A stretch of DNA of 64,000 bases from a candidate division WWE3 bacterium (GTDB lineage Bacteria > Patescibacteriota > WWE3 > UBA101185 > UBA10185): contig WJKK01000001.1 of the NCBI GenBank assembly GCA_014729135.1, positions 325,462 through 389,461 of the forward strand, given 5' to 3'. The translations under genes and the position numbers were made by a program. The notes beneath the pieces are model-generated. The model did not search any database and was not told the DNA's origin. It worked only from the letters and a program-made list of their open reading frames with translations. This document shows positions 46,864 through 56,009 of this stretch, in pieces; position 1 is the first letter of the stretch, and each line of letters starts with the position of its first letter.

Positions 46864-48408
46864 ATGAAAGAATTTGTAGAAAAACACGACAGCATAATAC
46901 ATCGCCTTTTAGAGATAGTTCCCGGCTTTTTAACTTGGAGTGTTCTCTTATCTCCTCTATGGTTGGGAATCTTATTTCCACAGCTAATTGTTTACATTTT
47001 AATTGCTTTAACTGTTTACTGGGCTTTTATGGCAACCAAACACTCCTATGGGATGCTTAAAGGCTATAGAATTTATGAAAAGGAAATGGGAATGGATTGG
47101 ATGGCTCAGTGTCGAGAACTTGATTTTGAAACTTTGCCCGAACCTGAAACTCGCCCTGACACTTTGGAAAAAGTAAAGCACTTTGTTTTAATTCCCGCTG
47201 TTAACGAGCCTTACGAAGTTTTAAAGCCCGCTTTCGATAGCTTTTATAATCAGACTTTTTCTAGAGATCAAATAGTTTTGGTTTATACGTTAGAAGGGCG
47301 CAATGACTACGATAAGCAGGTTCGTGCTACTTTAGAGGAGGTTTTTGAGGGGCGCGATAAAGAATTTGCGGATGTTTTAATTTACACCCACCCTGCTGGT
47401 ATTCCAGGAGAGGCCATTGGAGCAGGTGCTGCTAACCGTACTTGGGGAGCTAAAAAAGCTGTAGCCGAATTGAAAGCAAAAGGAGAGGATTTGCGTAACT
47501 ACATCTTTAGCACGTTTGATGCCGACCACGTTTTAGACAAGCAGTTTTTGGCGCGGTTGACTCACTTGTATCTAAACGAAGATAAGCGCGATTACAAGTT
47601 TTATCAATCCGCAGTTGCTCTTTTTGATAACAACTACTGGAAGGTTCCTGTTTTCATGCGAATTGAGGCCACTTCTGTTGCTCTTGGGGGTCTTGCGGAA
47701 TGGACAGTTAAAGGTAAGCTGAAAGATACATTTGCAGCTTATTCTGCTTCGCTTCAGACTTTATTGGATGCCGACTATTGGGATGTCGGTTTAGGTGTCG
47801 ATGATCAGATTTTTTATTGGCGCGCTTTCTTTCAACGAGATGGCGATTTTACGGGAGTTCCACATTACATTCCCTATTCTGCAGACGCCGTTATGGGTTC
47901 AGATTTTCGAGATTCCTGTAAAAGTCTTTACAAACAGCTTGTTCGGTGGGGGTGGGGTGTCATTGATTTTCCCCTATCTTTAAAGGAGTTTATGAAAAAT
48001 TACAAGGTTCCTTTACGTTTAAAGATTGCTTGGTTTTTTCGTCACTTGGAAAAACGTGTGCTTCTTATAGATAGCGTCTTTTTGATTACATTTGGCTTTG
48101 GACTTTTAACATTTGCCAATCCCGATGTCAAACAAGCTACCTTTGCCTATAGCCTCCCCGACATTATGAGCGTGATTTTAACCATAACTCTAGTCTTCTT
48201 TTTGCCCATTTCAATTATTCGTTTTAAACTGGTAAAGCCAATGCCTAAAGATTGGCCCCTTTGGAAAAAGCTTCTGGCAGTTCTAGAGGCTCCTTTGGTT
48301 ACAATTAACATGTTGTCTTTTTCGTTCTTGCCTCATATAGAAGCGCAAACGCGAATGCTCCTTGGTAAGAAAATGAAGGACCTGTATCACACACCTAAAG
48401 TTAGATGA
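46864..48408 (+). CDS. Membrane-integrated processive family-2 glycosyltransferase (cellulose/chitin-synthase-like)
   Basis: N-terminal TM helices, DAD in FSTFDADHVL, the QxxRW motif QLVRWGWG, and C-terminal TM helices. Confidence 0.65.
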   Translation: MKEFVEKHDSIIHRLLEIVPGFLTWSVLLSPLWLGILFPQLIVYILIALTVYWAFMATKHSYGMLKGYRIYEKEMGMDWMAQCRELDFETLPEPETRPDTLEKVKHFVLIPAVNEPYEVLKPAFDSFYNQTFSRDQIVLVYTLEGRNDYDKQVRATLEEVFEGRDKEFADVLIYTHPAGIPGEAIGAGAANRTWGAKKAVAELKAKGEDLRNYIFSTFDADHVLDKQFLARLTHLYLNEDKRDYKFYQSAVALFDNNYWKVPVFMRIEATSVALGGLAEWTVKGKLKDTFAAYSASLQTLLDADYWDVGLGVDDQIFYWRAFFQRDGDFTGVPHYIPYSADAVMGSDFRDSCKSLYKQLVRWGWGVIDFPLSLKEFMKNYKVPLRLKIAWFFRHLEKRVLLIDSVFLITFGFGLLTFANPDVKQATFAYSLPDIMSVILTITLVFFLPISIIRFKLVKPMPKDWPLWKKLLAVLEAPLVTINMLSFSFLPHIEAQTRMLLGKKMKDLYHTPKVR

Positions 48409-49916
48409 ATTTAGCCCTTCGCATAACACAATTTTCAAAGCGCATAAAAAAGGATGATTTCAAGTTGGCAGGTTTTTTGTTTGGAAGCAGCATTTTTGTT
48501 GTGCTGGTTCAGCTAGTCTATTTAAATTTGCGCTATAATTTTCTGCTTCAGAAGCTTCCCCTTTTTTATACACGAGTTTGGGGAGAGCCTCAGCTTGTAT
48601 CTAAAGAAACAATCTTTCTAATTCCTGCTCTATCCATAGTTATTGCCCTTTTAGGTTTTGTGTTTTTTTACTACATGGCTGTTAAATTTTACAAATATGG
48701 GACCAAGCTAATTACATTTATTGTTTTATTTAGTCATGTTTTCTTGACTTACTCCTTATTTCGCGTGGTTTCCATAAGTTTAACTACAAATGATCCATTG
48801 ATTTCCGAAAACTACTTGGCTTTAATTTTTCCCTTTTTAGTAGCTTTGGCAGTAACTTTACTTTTAGCTCCCTTGTATGTTCGGTTAATGAATAAATGGG
48901 GAATTGTTACCGATCCTGAAGCTCATTCACATCCGGGTATGTTATTAAAGACTCCTTCCGCACGTGGTGGAGGTCTATTGTTTGCGGCTTTGTTTGTCTT
49001 GATTTCCCTTTTCACAGTGCCTTTAACTTTAGAAGTTATTGGAGTTATTGTTTTAAGTTTGGTCTTAGCTTTTTTTGGCCTTTTAGATGATTATCAAAAT
49101 ACTCATCCAAAGTCTCCGCTTTCATTTTTGGAAAACCCCGTAATTCGCTTAACTGTACTTTTCGTTTTGGTAAGCCTTTTATATTTTTTCAACATTCGTA
49201 TTAGCTTTTTAAGTAATCCTTTTGACGGCTTTTTACACCTAACCGGGTTTAGCTTTAAGCTTGGGAATTTAGTAATTCAGCCCCTATCTTGGCTTTTTAC
49301 AACAGTTTGGGTAGTTTGGATTTTAAATCTTTTGTCGTGGTCCAATGGTGTTGATGGGCAGTATGGAGGTATCATAGGAATTTCCTTAATTTTTCTTGCC
49401 CTTTTGGGATTGCGTTTTGAAGACATTACTTCGATTCAGCTTGGATATGCTCAGCTTGCCATCATTGCTGCAGGAATAAGTTTTGGTCTGGTAGGTGTTA
49501 TGTGGTTTCCTTCTAAGATTATGTGGGGGTTTGGCGCTATGTCCGCCGGAGTGGTTGTTGCTTCTCTTTCCACTTTAATCCAGGCTAAAGTTATTGCATC
49601 TATAATGATTTTGTTTGTTCCTTTTGTAGACGCTTCCGTTACAATTGTTCGACGCCTTTATCGCGGTAGAAACCCTCTTAAAGGTGATCGCGGTCATTTA
49701 CATCATTTGCTTATTGATCAAGGAGTTTCCATTCCAAAGGTGGCACTTTTTTACTGGATTATTACGCTTTTATTTGGTGGTTTGAGTTTGTATTCAGCAG
49801 AAAAGCCTGTTATTCAAGCGGTTCTAATGATTTTAGGAGTTGCGTTTTTTGCTATAGCCCTAGTGAATTTGCGCTTATCAAGAAGGAAATCAGCATTACA
49901 AGAACCTGAGAAATAA
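48405..49916 (+). CDS. Polyprenyl-phosphate sugar-1-phosphate transferase (MraY/WecA family) with an extra N-terminal membrane module
   Basis: Start ATGA overlaps the upstream stop. LAPLYVRLMNKWGIVTDPEAHSHPGMLLKTPSARGGGL is an MraY/WecA signature. About 11 TM helices. Confidence 0.7.
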   Translation: MNLALRITQFSKRIKKDDFKLAGFLFGSSIFVVLVQLVYLNLRYNFLLQKLPLFYTRVWGEPQLVSKETIFLIPALSIVIALLGFVFFYYMAVKFYKYGTKLITFIVLFSHVFLTYSLFRVVSISLTTNDPLISENYLALIFPFLVALAVTLLLAPLYVRLMNKWGIVTDPEAHSHPGMLLKTPSARGGGLLFAALFVLISLFTVPLTLEVIGVIVLSLVLAFFGLLDDYQNTHPKSPLSFLENPVIRLTVLFVLVSLLYFFNIRISFLSNPFDGFLHLTGFSFKLGNLVIQPLSWLFTTVWVVWILNLLSWSNGVDGQYGGIIGISLIFLALLGLRFEDITSIQLGYAQLAIIAAGISFGLVGVMWFPSKIMWGFGAMSAGVVVASLSTLIQAKVIASIMILFVPFVDASVTIVRRLYRGRNPLKGDRGHLHHLLIDQGVSIPKVALFYWIITLLFGGLSLYSAEKPVIQAVLMILGVAFFAIALVNLRLSRRKSALQEPEK

Positions 49917-50328
49917 TTCCCCAAGGTAACGGTGCCTGAAACTGGAGTCTGCTCTGCACCTTTGCTACTGCTTCTACAAACTTTGGTTCCTCTTTCATGT
50001 AAATATGGGGTGCTTCTATCACATCCGGTAAGACTGCCCCTACGCCGCCCAAAAAAACATTAATTGCAAGCATAGGATTTTTAAGTACCCACAAAGCATA
50101 AAGTGTTGTCGTCAAACCAATAGCAATTCCAAGGGCAATATCTGCCATTAAAGCCAGAGGCCTCCACCCTACAATACGCTCCTCTTTTTTTGTGTTTGAA
50201 TAAAAATCCCAATGAGGTACCAAATCACCTGCAAAATGTGAGGCAATTGAAAGAGGTACAGTCAATAATGGGTTTTGAGTTGTTGCTCCAATAGCTATTC
50301 CAACCATTGTGTGAGGTGTTAAAAGCAT
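49852..50328 (-). CDS. Membrane-bound metal-dependent hydrolase-like protein (YdjM/DUF457-like)
   Basis: PHTMVGIAIG...HFAGDLVPHWDF histidine/aspartate pattern in a four-TM protein. Its 3' end overlaps the convergent gene by 65 nt. Confidence 0.35.
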   Translation of the reverse strand: MLLTPHTMVGIAIGATTQNPLLTVPLSIASHFAGDLVPHWDFYSNTKKEERIVGWRPLALMADIALGIAIGLTTTLYALWVLKNPMLAINVFLGGVGAVLPDVIEAPHIYMKEEPKFVEAVAKVQSRLQFQAPLPWGIISQVLVMLISFLISANSLGL

Positions 50329-50335
50329 GCAGGCG

Positions 50336-51847
50336 CTATTCTAACATATTAGGCTTCATTTCCAGTGCTTTTTGAATTAGTGCCTCTCCCTCTTCCTTTT
50401 TGTCGGTGTTAACGTAAGCATTGCCCAAGTTGTACATAGCTTCTGCATAGTTTGGATTCAGTTCCACAGCTTTCTCAAAACTTGCAATTGCCTTTTCCAT
50501 GTTGCCCTCCAGAGAGTAAACGTCTCCCAAGTTGTTGTGCACTTTAGGGCTATTGGGATTGGTTCTTGCCGTGGCCTCCCATAAGGTTTTGCGGTTTTGC
50601 CAGTCGTTATTTCTAAGAACATCCCGATAAATGTAAACTCCTGCTATTAAAATCGTTAAATAAAGGCTTAGGTTTTTAATTTTAATTTCGGATTCCAGCT
50701 TTTTTATAAGTAAAGCCGCAAAAATCACAAAAAACACTGATGTAAAGTAAAGGTATCTGTCGGCAATAAACCATGAAACTTGAATAGGGCTAAATGTAGG
50801 CAGAAGTGATAGGTACATTCCTGCTAGAAGTCCCGCCAATTTATGTTTTTTAGAACTTATCCAGTAGATAAGCATTCCTCCCGAGATTACAAGGATTAGT
50901 TGACCGCTTATCAGTAGAAAGTTGGAGACTTTTTCGCCTTCATGATAAAGTGATAAATCTTTTGGAAAGACCAGAAGTTTTGCTGCTGATGTTGTTGTGT
51001 ATGTAACGCGGTTTATGTAGGAAGGTTTATTTTCTTGAGGTGCTTGTTCTGTTGATGTTGAAGAAATTGTTGAAGCAGTGGAGTTTCCGTTTTGCATATA
51101 TTTAATTCGATTTACAATTTTTCCTGACATAGCAAAAGCTACAAAAACTCCTACAACTAAAAGATAAATTGCCGGATAAAATCCTTTTTTCTTTTTTTCG
51201 TCAATAAAAAACAATTCTATAAGAGCAGCAAAAAAGGGAGTTATAAATGTCCATGTACTTTTAATCATGATCAAATATGCTGCCAGAACAACAATGGAGA
51301 AGATTAAGTAACTTTTCCTTTTAGTTTCTCTAAAATACAGATAAAGGAGTCCTATAATTAAAAGCGCATTTGTATTTGCAATATAGTGTTTTCCAGAAAT
51401 CCAATTGACAGGTTCAGTAACAATAGGATGTACGGCAAAAAGCAAGGCCGAAATATAAGCGGTTTTTTTATTTTCAAATACTTTAAGAACAAAATAAAAG
51501 ACTAAAACAGCATTTAAGTTGTGCATTAAGATAGCCCAAAAATGTAGAGGTGTTGGATTTAATCCAAAAAGCTGATATGTAAAGGCATATAAAAGGCGTG
51601 GTCCGCTGAAGCCTTTAAGAGAAAGAACGTTTTTAAAGGAATGCAGCTCATCCGATTTTACAAAGGCGGCTATATCATCAGAAACAAATCCGTTGTTTAA
51701 GACCATGGCAAAAGTCCCCCAACAAATTACCGATAGTAGTATTAAGAATGGAAGATACGGTTTTATTTGTTGTTTAAAAAAATTCTTTAAGGCATTTGAG
51801 GTTGGTGTTGCCTCTGAAACAGTTTTTTTACTTTTAGAAGTTTTCAT
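50336..51847 (-). CDS. GT-C fold membrane glycosyltransferase (PMT/ArnT/TMTC-like) with C-terminal TPR repeats
   Basis: About 11 TM helices with a first-loop FVSDDIAAF acidic motif. C-terminal TPR units (NLGDVYSLEGNMEKAIASFEKAVELNPNYAEAMYNLGNAY). Confidence 0.6.
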   Translation of the reverse strand: MKTSKSKKTVSEATPTSNALKNFFKQQIKPYLPFLILLSVICWGTFAMVLNNGFVSDDIAAFVKSDELHSFKNVLSLKGFSGPRLLYAFTYQLFGLNPTPLHFWAILMHNLNAVLVFYFVLKVFENKKTAYISALLFAVHPIVTEPVNWISGKHYIANTNALLIIGLLYLYFRETKRKSYLIFSIVVLAAYLIMIKSTWTFITPFFAALIELFFIDEKKKKGFYPAIYLLVVGVFVAFAMSGKIVNRIKYMQNGNSTASTISSTSTEQAPQENKPSYINRVTYTTTSAAKLLVFPKDLSLYHEGEKVSNFLLISGQLILVISGGMLIYWISSKKHKLAGLLAGMYLSLLPTFSPIQVSWFIADRYLYFTSVFFVIFAALLIKKLESEIKIKNLSLYLTILIAGVYIYRDVLRNNDWQNRKTLWEATARTNPNSPKVHNNLGDVYSLEGNMEKAIASFEKAVELNPNYAEAMYNLGNAYVNTDKKEEGEALIQKALEMKPNMLE

Positions 51848-51922
51848 TAAATTAATTTTACATTAGATAAATTTTTAGGCTTTTCTTTTATAGATGTGCT
51901 TTTTCTTATAAAATGATTTTAC

Positions 51923-52543
51923 ATGTCAGAGACGAGAGGCGTTTTTAAAGACAATTCAATAAAAAGTCCGGAATCATTGGAATCAGAGGACGCCGGGAAC
52001 TTATCTTCAAAAAGTTTGATTTTAGAACTAGTGGAAAATTTTCTCAGTTCCATATTTGTTCTTTTTTTACTATATAAGTTTGTGGCCATGCCCGAAGTAG
52101 TTTCCGGAGCCAGCATGCAACCAAACTTTGAATCCGGCGAGCGCATCCTCATGGAGCGGATTACAAAACATTTTAAACCTTTTGAACGCGGTGAGGTTGT
52201 AATTTTGCATCCCCCGGGAAATGATCACAAAGACTACATAAAAAGAATTGTTGGGCTTCCGGGTGACATTATAAAAATTAAGGACTGTCAGGTTTACATT
52301 AATCGTGATGGTGAAAGGTTTATTTTAGAGGAGACCTATTTACCGTCAGATGTTTGCACAGTTGAAGGCCCTCAATTAAAAGAGGGGCGCTCTCTACGCC
52401 TTAAGGAAGGGGAATACGCCGTTATGGGAGACAATCGGGCGGACTCCATAGACTCGCGAGTTTTCGGCGTTCTTAAAGAAGAAAGAATACTTGGGCGAGT
52501 GGTGTTTCGATTTTGGCCTTTAGAGCGTCTTGGATTTTTATAA
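51923..52543 (+). CDS. lepB: Signal peptidase I
   Basis: S26 boxes GASMQPNF (catalytic Ser), the catalytic Lys region, and GDNRADSIDSRVFG. Confidence 0.85.
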   Translation: MSETRGVFKDNSIKSPESLESEDAGNLSSKSLILELVENFLSSIFVLFLLYKFVAMPEVVSGASMQPNFESGERILMERITKHFKPFERGEVVILHPPGNDHKDYIKRIVGLPGDIIKIKDCQVYINRDGERFILEETYLPSDVCTVEGPQLKEGRSLRLKEGEYAVMGDNRADSIDSRVFGVLKEERILGRVVFRFWPLERLGFL

Positions 52544-52676
52544 TCCCTGTGTTACTATTCCTGTTGTTGACATCAAGGGGCAAGGTGTGTTAAGTTTCTC
52601 CTTGTACAAAAAACAGCGTGGGTTAGAAAAAGCCGTATTTTAAACTGGAAACTCGGGTTTCAAAACTAAAAATTTA

Positions 52677-55600
52677 ATGCAAGAACATAACTTCTCTAAA
52701 AGAAAAGACGTCCTGCCGTTACCTAACCTTTCTGAAGTGCAGCTTGAGTCCTATCAGTGGTTCCGTGACACGGGGATTCAGGAGGTGCTTGATGAACTTG
52801 GTACTATTGAAGATGACTCCGGACGCGGTTGGATTCTTTCTATGTCCGATTCCCGTTTTCATAAACCAAATATAAGTATTGAAGAGGCTTTGCGTATTGG
52901 TCGTACTTATGATGCTCCTTGGTATATGACGGCCACTTTGAAAGATCCTGTTGAGGGTAAGGAAAATTCTCAGGAAATTTATATGGGCGATGTTCCTTTA
53001 ATGACCGAAAAGGGTACTTTTATCATCAATGGAGTAGAGCGAGTTATAGTAAGTCAGCTTATTCGTTCGGAAGGTGTCATTTTTACGGGTGAGGTTTCTT
53101 CGGTGACCGGTCAAATGCTTGGAGGCGCTAAGATTTTGCCTCAGCATGGTGCCTGGCTTGAAATTACAACCTCTCGACGCGGTGTTATTAGTGTTCGTAT
53201 TGATCGACGTCGTAAGCTTTCAATAGCAACTTTACTTAGGGTCTTTGGTCTGGAAACCGACGAAGATATTCTGGATGCCTTTGCAGAAGTAGAGACGGAC
53301 CCTGAAATTAACTACATAGAAAAGTCTTTGGCTAAAGATCCCTCTGCTTCTTATGACGAAGCTTGTTTGGAAGTTTACCGAAAAGTGCGCCCTGGTGAGC
53401 CTTTGGTTTTAGAGAATGCTAAAGAATTGGTAAAAGAAATGTTTTTTAACCCCAAGCGCTATAGTTTAGGCGAGGTTGGTAGATTTAAGCTTAATCAGGT
53501 TTTAGGTTTAAATTTCCCAAATACTCCTAAAGGGCGCGTTCTCCAACTGGAAGATCTTATTGAAATTGTTTCCCGTATTATTCAAATGAATAATGGTATT
53601 GGAGAGCCTACGGATGTCGACAATCTTGGTAATCGTCGTGTTCGTCGTGTAGGGGAGTTGTTACAGAATCGTGTCCGAGTAGGGTTTTTGCGCTTAGCTC
53701 GTAATGTTCGTGGAAGAATGACTTTACAACCCAGAGATGAACTTCCTAATCCTTCTAAACTGATTTCTCCGCGAGCAGTTACTGCAAACGTTCAAAGCTT
53801 TTTTGCTACAGGGCGTTTATCCCAGTTTCAAGATCAGCAGAATCCTTTAACCTCTTTGGCACATATTCGTCGTCTTTCGGTTTTAGGTCCCGGCGGATTA
53901 ACAAAAGAACGCGCCAGTATGGCCGTTCGAGACGTTCACTACTCCTCCTTTGGGCGAATCTGTCCTGTTCGAACTCCGGAAGGTCCCAGTATTGGCCTTA
54001 TTAACTATCTAGCTATGTACTCCCGTGTAAATGAATACGGTTTTGTTGAGACTCCTTATATTAAACTGGAATCCGATTCTAAAGGTGTTAAAGTCACTAA
54101 TGAAATAGAGTTTTTGGCGGCTTATGATGAAGAGGAGAAAAATATTACTGATGCTTCTGTAGAGGTAGATTCCAAAGGATACATAACAGTTGATCAAGTT
54201 CCTTTGCGTCAGCATGGTGAGTTCTTTTTAGGAAACACATCCGATGCAGAATATATGGAGGTTATTCCTAAGCAGATTGTGGGTATTTCTGCAGGTTTAA
54301 TCCCTTTCCTTTCAAATGACGACATTACGCGAGCCTTGGTTGCAGCCCAGCAGCTGTCTCAGGCGGTTCCGCTAATTGCCCCCGATGCTCCTTTGGTGGG
54401 GACAGGTATAGAAAAAGAGGTGGCAGTAAACTCCGGTGCCGTTGTGCTAGCTGAAAAAGATGGAGAAGTTGTTTATGCCGACTCCTCTAGGATAGAAATT
54501 AAATATAAAGGTGACAAAAAAGAAACCATATACGAGCCCAACAAATTTGTAAAATCTAATGTTTCCACTAACTATAACCAATCCGTAAAAGTTGAAACAG
54601 GTCAAAAGCTTGAAAAGGGAGACATTCTTTATGAAGGTCCTGCTTCTGACGACGGCTATATTTCCTTGGGAGCAAACGTAAAAGTAGCTTACATGATTTG
54701 GGAAGGATATGAATTTGAAGATGGAATCGTTATTTCTGACCGTTTAGTAAAGGAAGATGTTTTAACTTCTATACACATTAATGACTATGATATTTCTGTT
54801 GTTGAGACTAAGTTGGGTGCTGAAGAGCTTACTAATGATATACCCAACGTTTCTGAATATGCACTTCGCAACTTGGATGAGGACGGCATTGTCACAATAG
54901 GATCCGATGTTCGTTCAGGTGACATTTTGGTAGGTAAGGTTGCTCCTAAAGGAGAAGTGGACTTATCTGCAGAGGAGCGCTTGTTGCGTGCTATTTTTGG
55001 TGAGCAGGCAAAAGAGGTTCGAGATACTTCTTTGCGTATGCCACATGGTTCGCATGGTGTTGTTATTGGAGTAAAGCGAGTTTCCCGCGAAGATAATGAC
55101 CAATTGACAGTCGGGGTTTTGGAAGAAATCACTGTTTATGTAGCAGAGCGTCGCAAGATTCAGGTTGGTGATAAGCTTGCAGGCCGTCATGGTAACAAGG
55201 GAGTTATTTCCGCTATTGTTCCGCAGGCTGATATGCCTCATTTGGAAGATGGTACTCCTGTTGACGTTGTTTTTTCTTCCGAGGCGGTTTTAAAGCGAAT
55301 GAATATGGGTCAGATTTTGGAGGCTCCCCTTGGATTAGCCGGTCGAAAGCTAGGCAAGCGCTATTTGGTCCCTCCTTTGGAAGTTGTGCCTGAGTCTGAG
55401 ATAGTTGATCAGTTGAAAGAGGCGGGCCTTCCCGAAACGGGCAAGTTTAAACTGGTAGATGGTCGTACAGGAGAGTATTTCCACGACAAGGTAGTTGTAG
55501 GGGAAACTTACGTTTTGAAGCTTGTTCACATGAGTGAGGAGAAAATGCATGCTCGTTCTACAGGACCTTACTCTCTGGTTACACAGCAACCTCTAGGGGG

Positions 55601-56006
55601 TAAGTCTCAATTTGGAGGTCAGCGTTTTGGAGAGATGGAGGTTTGGGCATTGGAGGCTTATGGAGCTGCTCATACTCTAAAGGAGATGTTGACTATTAAG
55701 TCTGATGACCTTATTGGAAGGACCAAGGCTTATAGTTCAATTATTCAGGGGCGTCCTATTGTGGAGTCTACAATTCCTGAGACGTTTAAGCTTTTGGTCA
55801 GGCAGCTGAATGGTTTGGGTATCGGTCTGGAGCCTTTGCGAGATGAAAGGGAGGAGCTTGTTCTCGAAGAGGATACGGATCAAACGGAAGATGCAACTGA
55901 AGCTGCCGAGGACTTTTTCAAGAGTGATGATTCCGGTGATGCTGACGAAGCCAAAGATGAGGATAAAGATGAAAACGATTCTGAAAATTTAAAAGAGGAG
56001 GAATAA
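52677..56006 (+). CDS. rpoB: DNA-directed RNA polymerase beta subunit with an acidic C-terminal extension
   Basis: Conserved RpoB blocks throughout (GDKLAGRHGNKGVIS etc.); 1109 aa. Confidence 0.97.
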   Translation: MQEHNFSKRKDVLPLPNLSEVQLESYQWFRDTGIQEVLDELGTIEDDSGRGWILSMSDSRFHKPNISIEEALRIGRTYDAPWYMTATLKDPVEGKENSQEIYMGDVPLMTEKGTFIINGVERVIVSQLIRSEGVIFTGEVSSVTGQMLGGAKILPQHGAWLEITTSRRGVISVRIDRRRKLSIATLLRVFGLETDEDILDAFAEVETDPEINYIEKSLAKDPSASYDEACLEVYRKVRPGEPLVLENAKELVKEMFFNPKRYSLGEVGRFKLNQVLGLNFPNTPKGRVLQLEDLIEIVSRIIQMNNGIGEPTDVDNLGNRRVRRVGELLQNRVRVGFLRLARNVRGRMTLQPRDELPNPSKLISPRAVTANVQSFFATGRLSQFQDQQNPLTSLAHIRRLSVLGPGGLTKERASMAVRDVHYSSFGRICPVRTPEGPSIGLINYLAMYSRVNEYGFVETPYIKLESDSKGVKVTNEIEFLAAYDEEEKNITDASVEVDSKGYITVDQVPLRQHGEFFLGNTSDAEYMEVIPKQIVGISAGLIPFLSNDDITRALVAAQQLSQAVPLIAPDAPLVGTGIEKEVAVNSGAVVLAEKDGEVVYADSSRIEIKYKGDKKETIYEPNKFVKSNVSTNYNQSVKVETGQKLEKGDILYEGPASDDGYISLGANVKVAYMIWEGYEFEDGIVISDRLVKEDVLTSIHINDYDISVVETKLGAEELTNDIPNVSEYALRNLDEDGIVTIGSDVRSGDILVGKVAPKGEVDLSAEERLLRAIFGEQAKEVRDTSLRMPHGSHGVVIGVKRVSREDNDQLTVGVLEEITVYVAERRKIQVGDKLAGRHGNKGVISAIVPQADMPHLEDGTPVDVVFSSEAVLKRMNMGQILEAPLGLAGRKLGKRYLVPPLEVVPESEIVDQLKEAGLPETGKFKLVDGRTGEYFHDKVVVGETYVLKLVHMSEEKMHARSTGPYSLVTQQPLGGKSQFGGQRFGEMEVWALEAYGAAHTLKEMLTIKSDDLIGRTKAYSSIIQGRPIVESTIPETFKLLVRQLNGLGIGLEPLRDEREELVLEEDTDQTEDATEAAEDFFKSDDSGDADEAKDEDKDENDSENLKEEE

Positions 56007-56009
56007 ACC

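Noticed and set aside
49852-49916. 65-nt convergent overlap of the MraY-like and DUF457-like genes as evidence of a mis-called ORF
   Set aside because: Both ORFs have coherent membrane-protein translations through the overlap. Short convergent overlaps are plausible in compact genomes. One of the two termini may still be shorter than called.
52544-52676. Promoter TTGACA-17-TTAAGT upstream of rpoB
   Set aside because: The -10 candidate matches consensus at only 3 of 6 positions, which is too weak to report as a feature.
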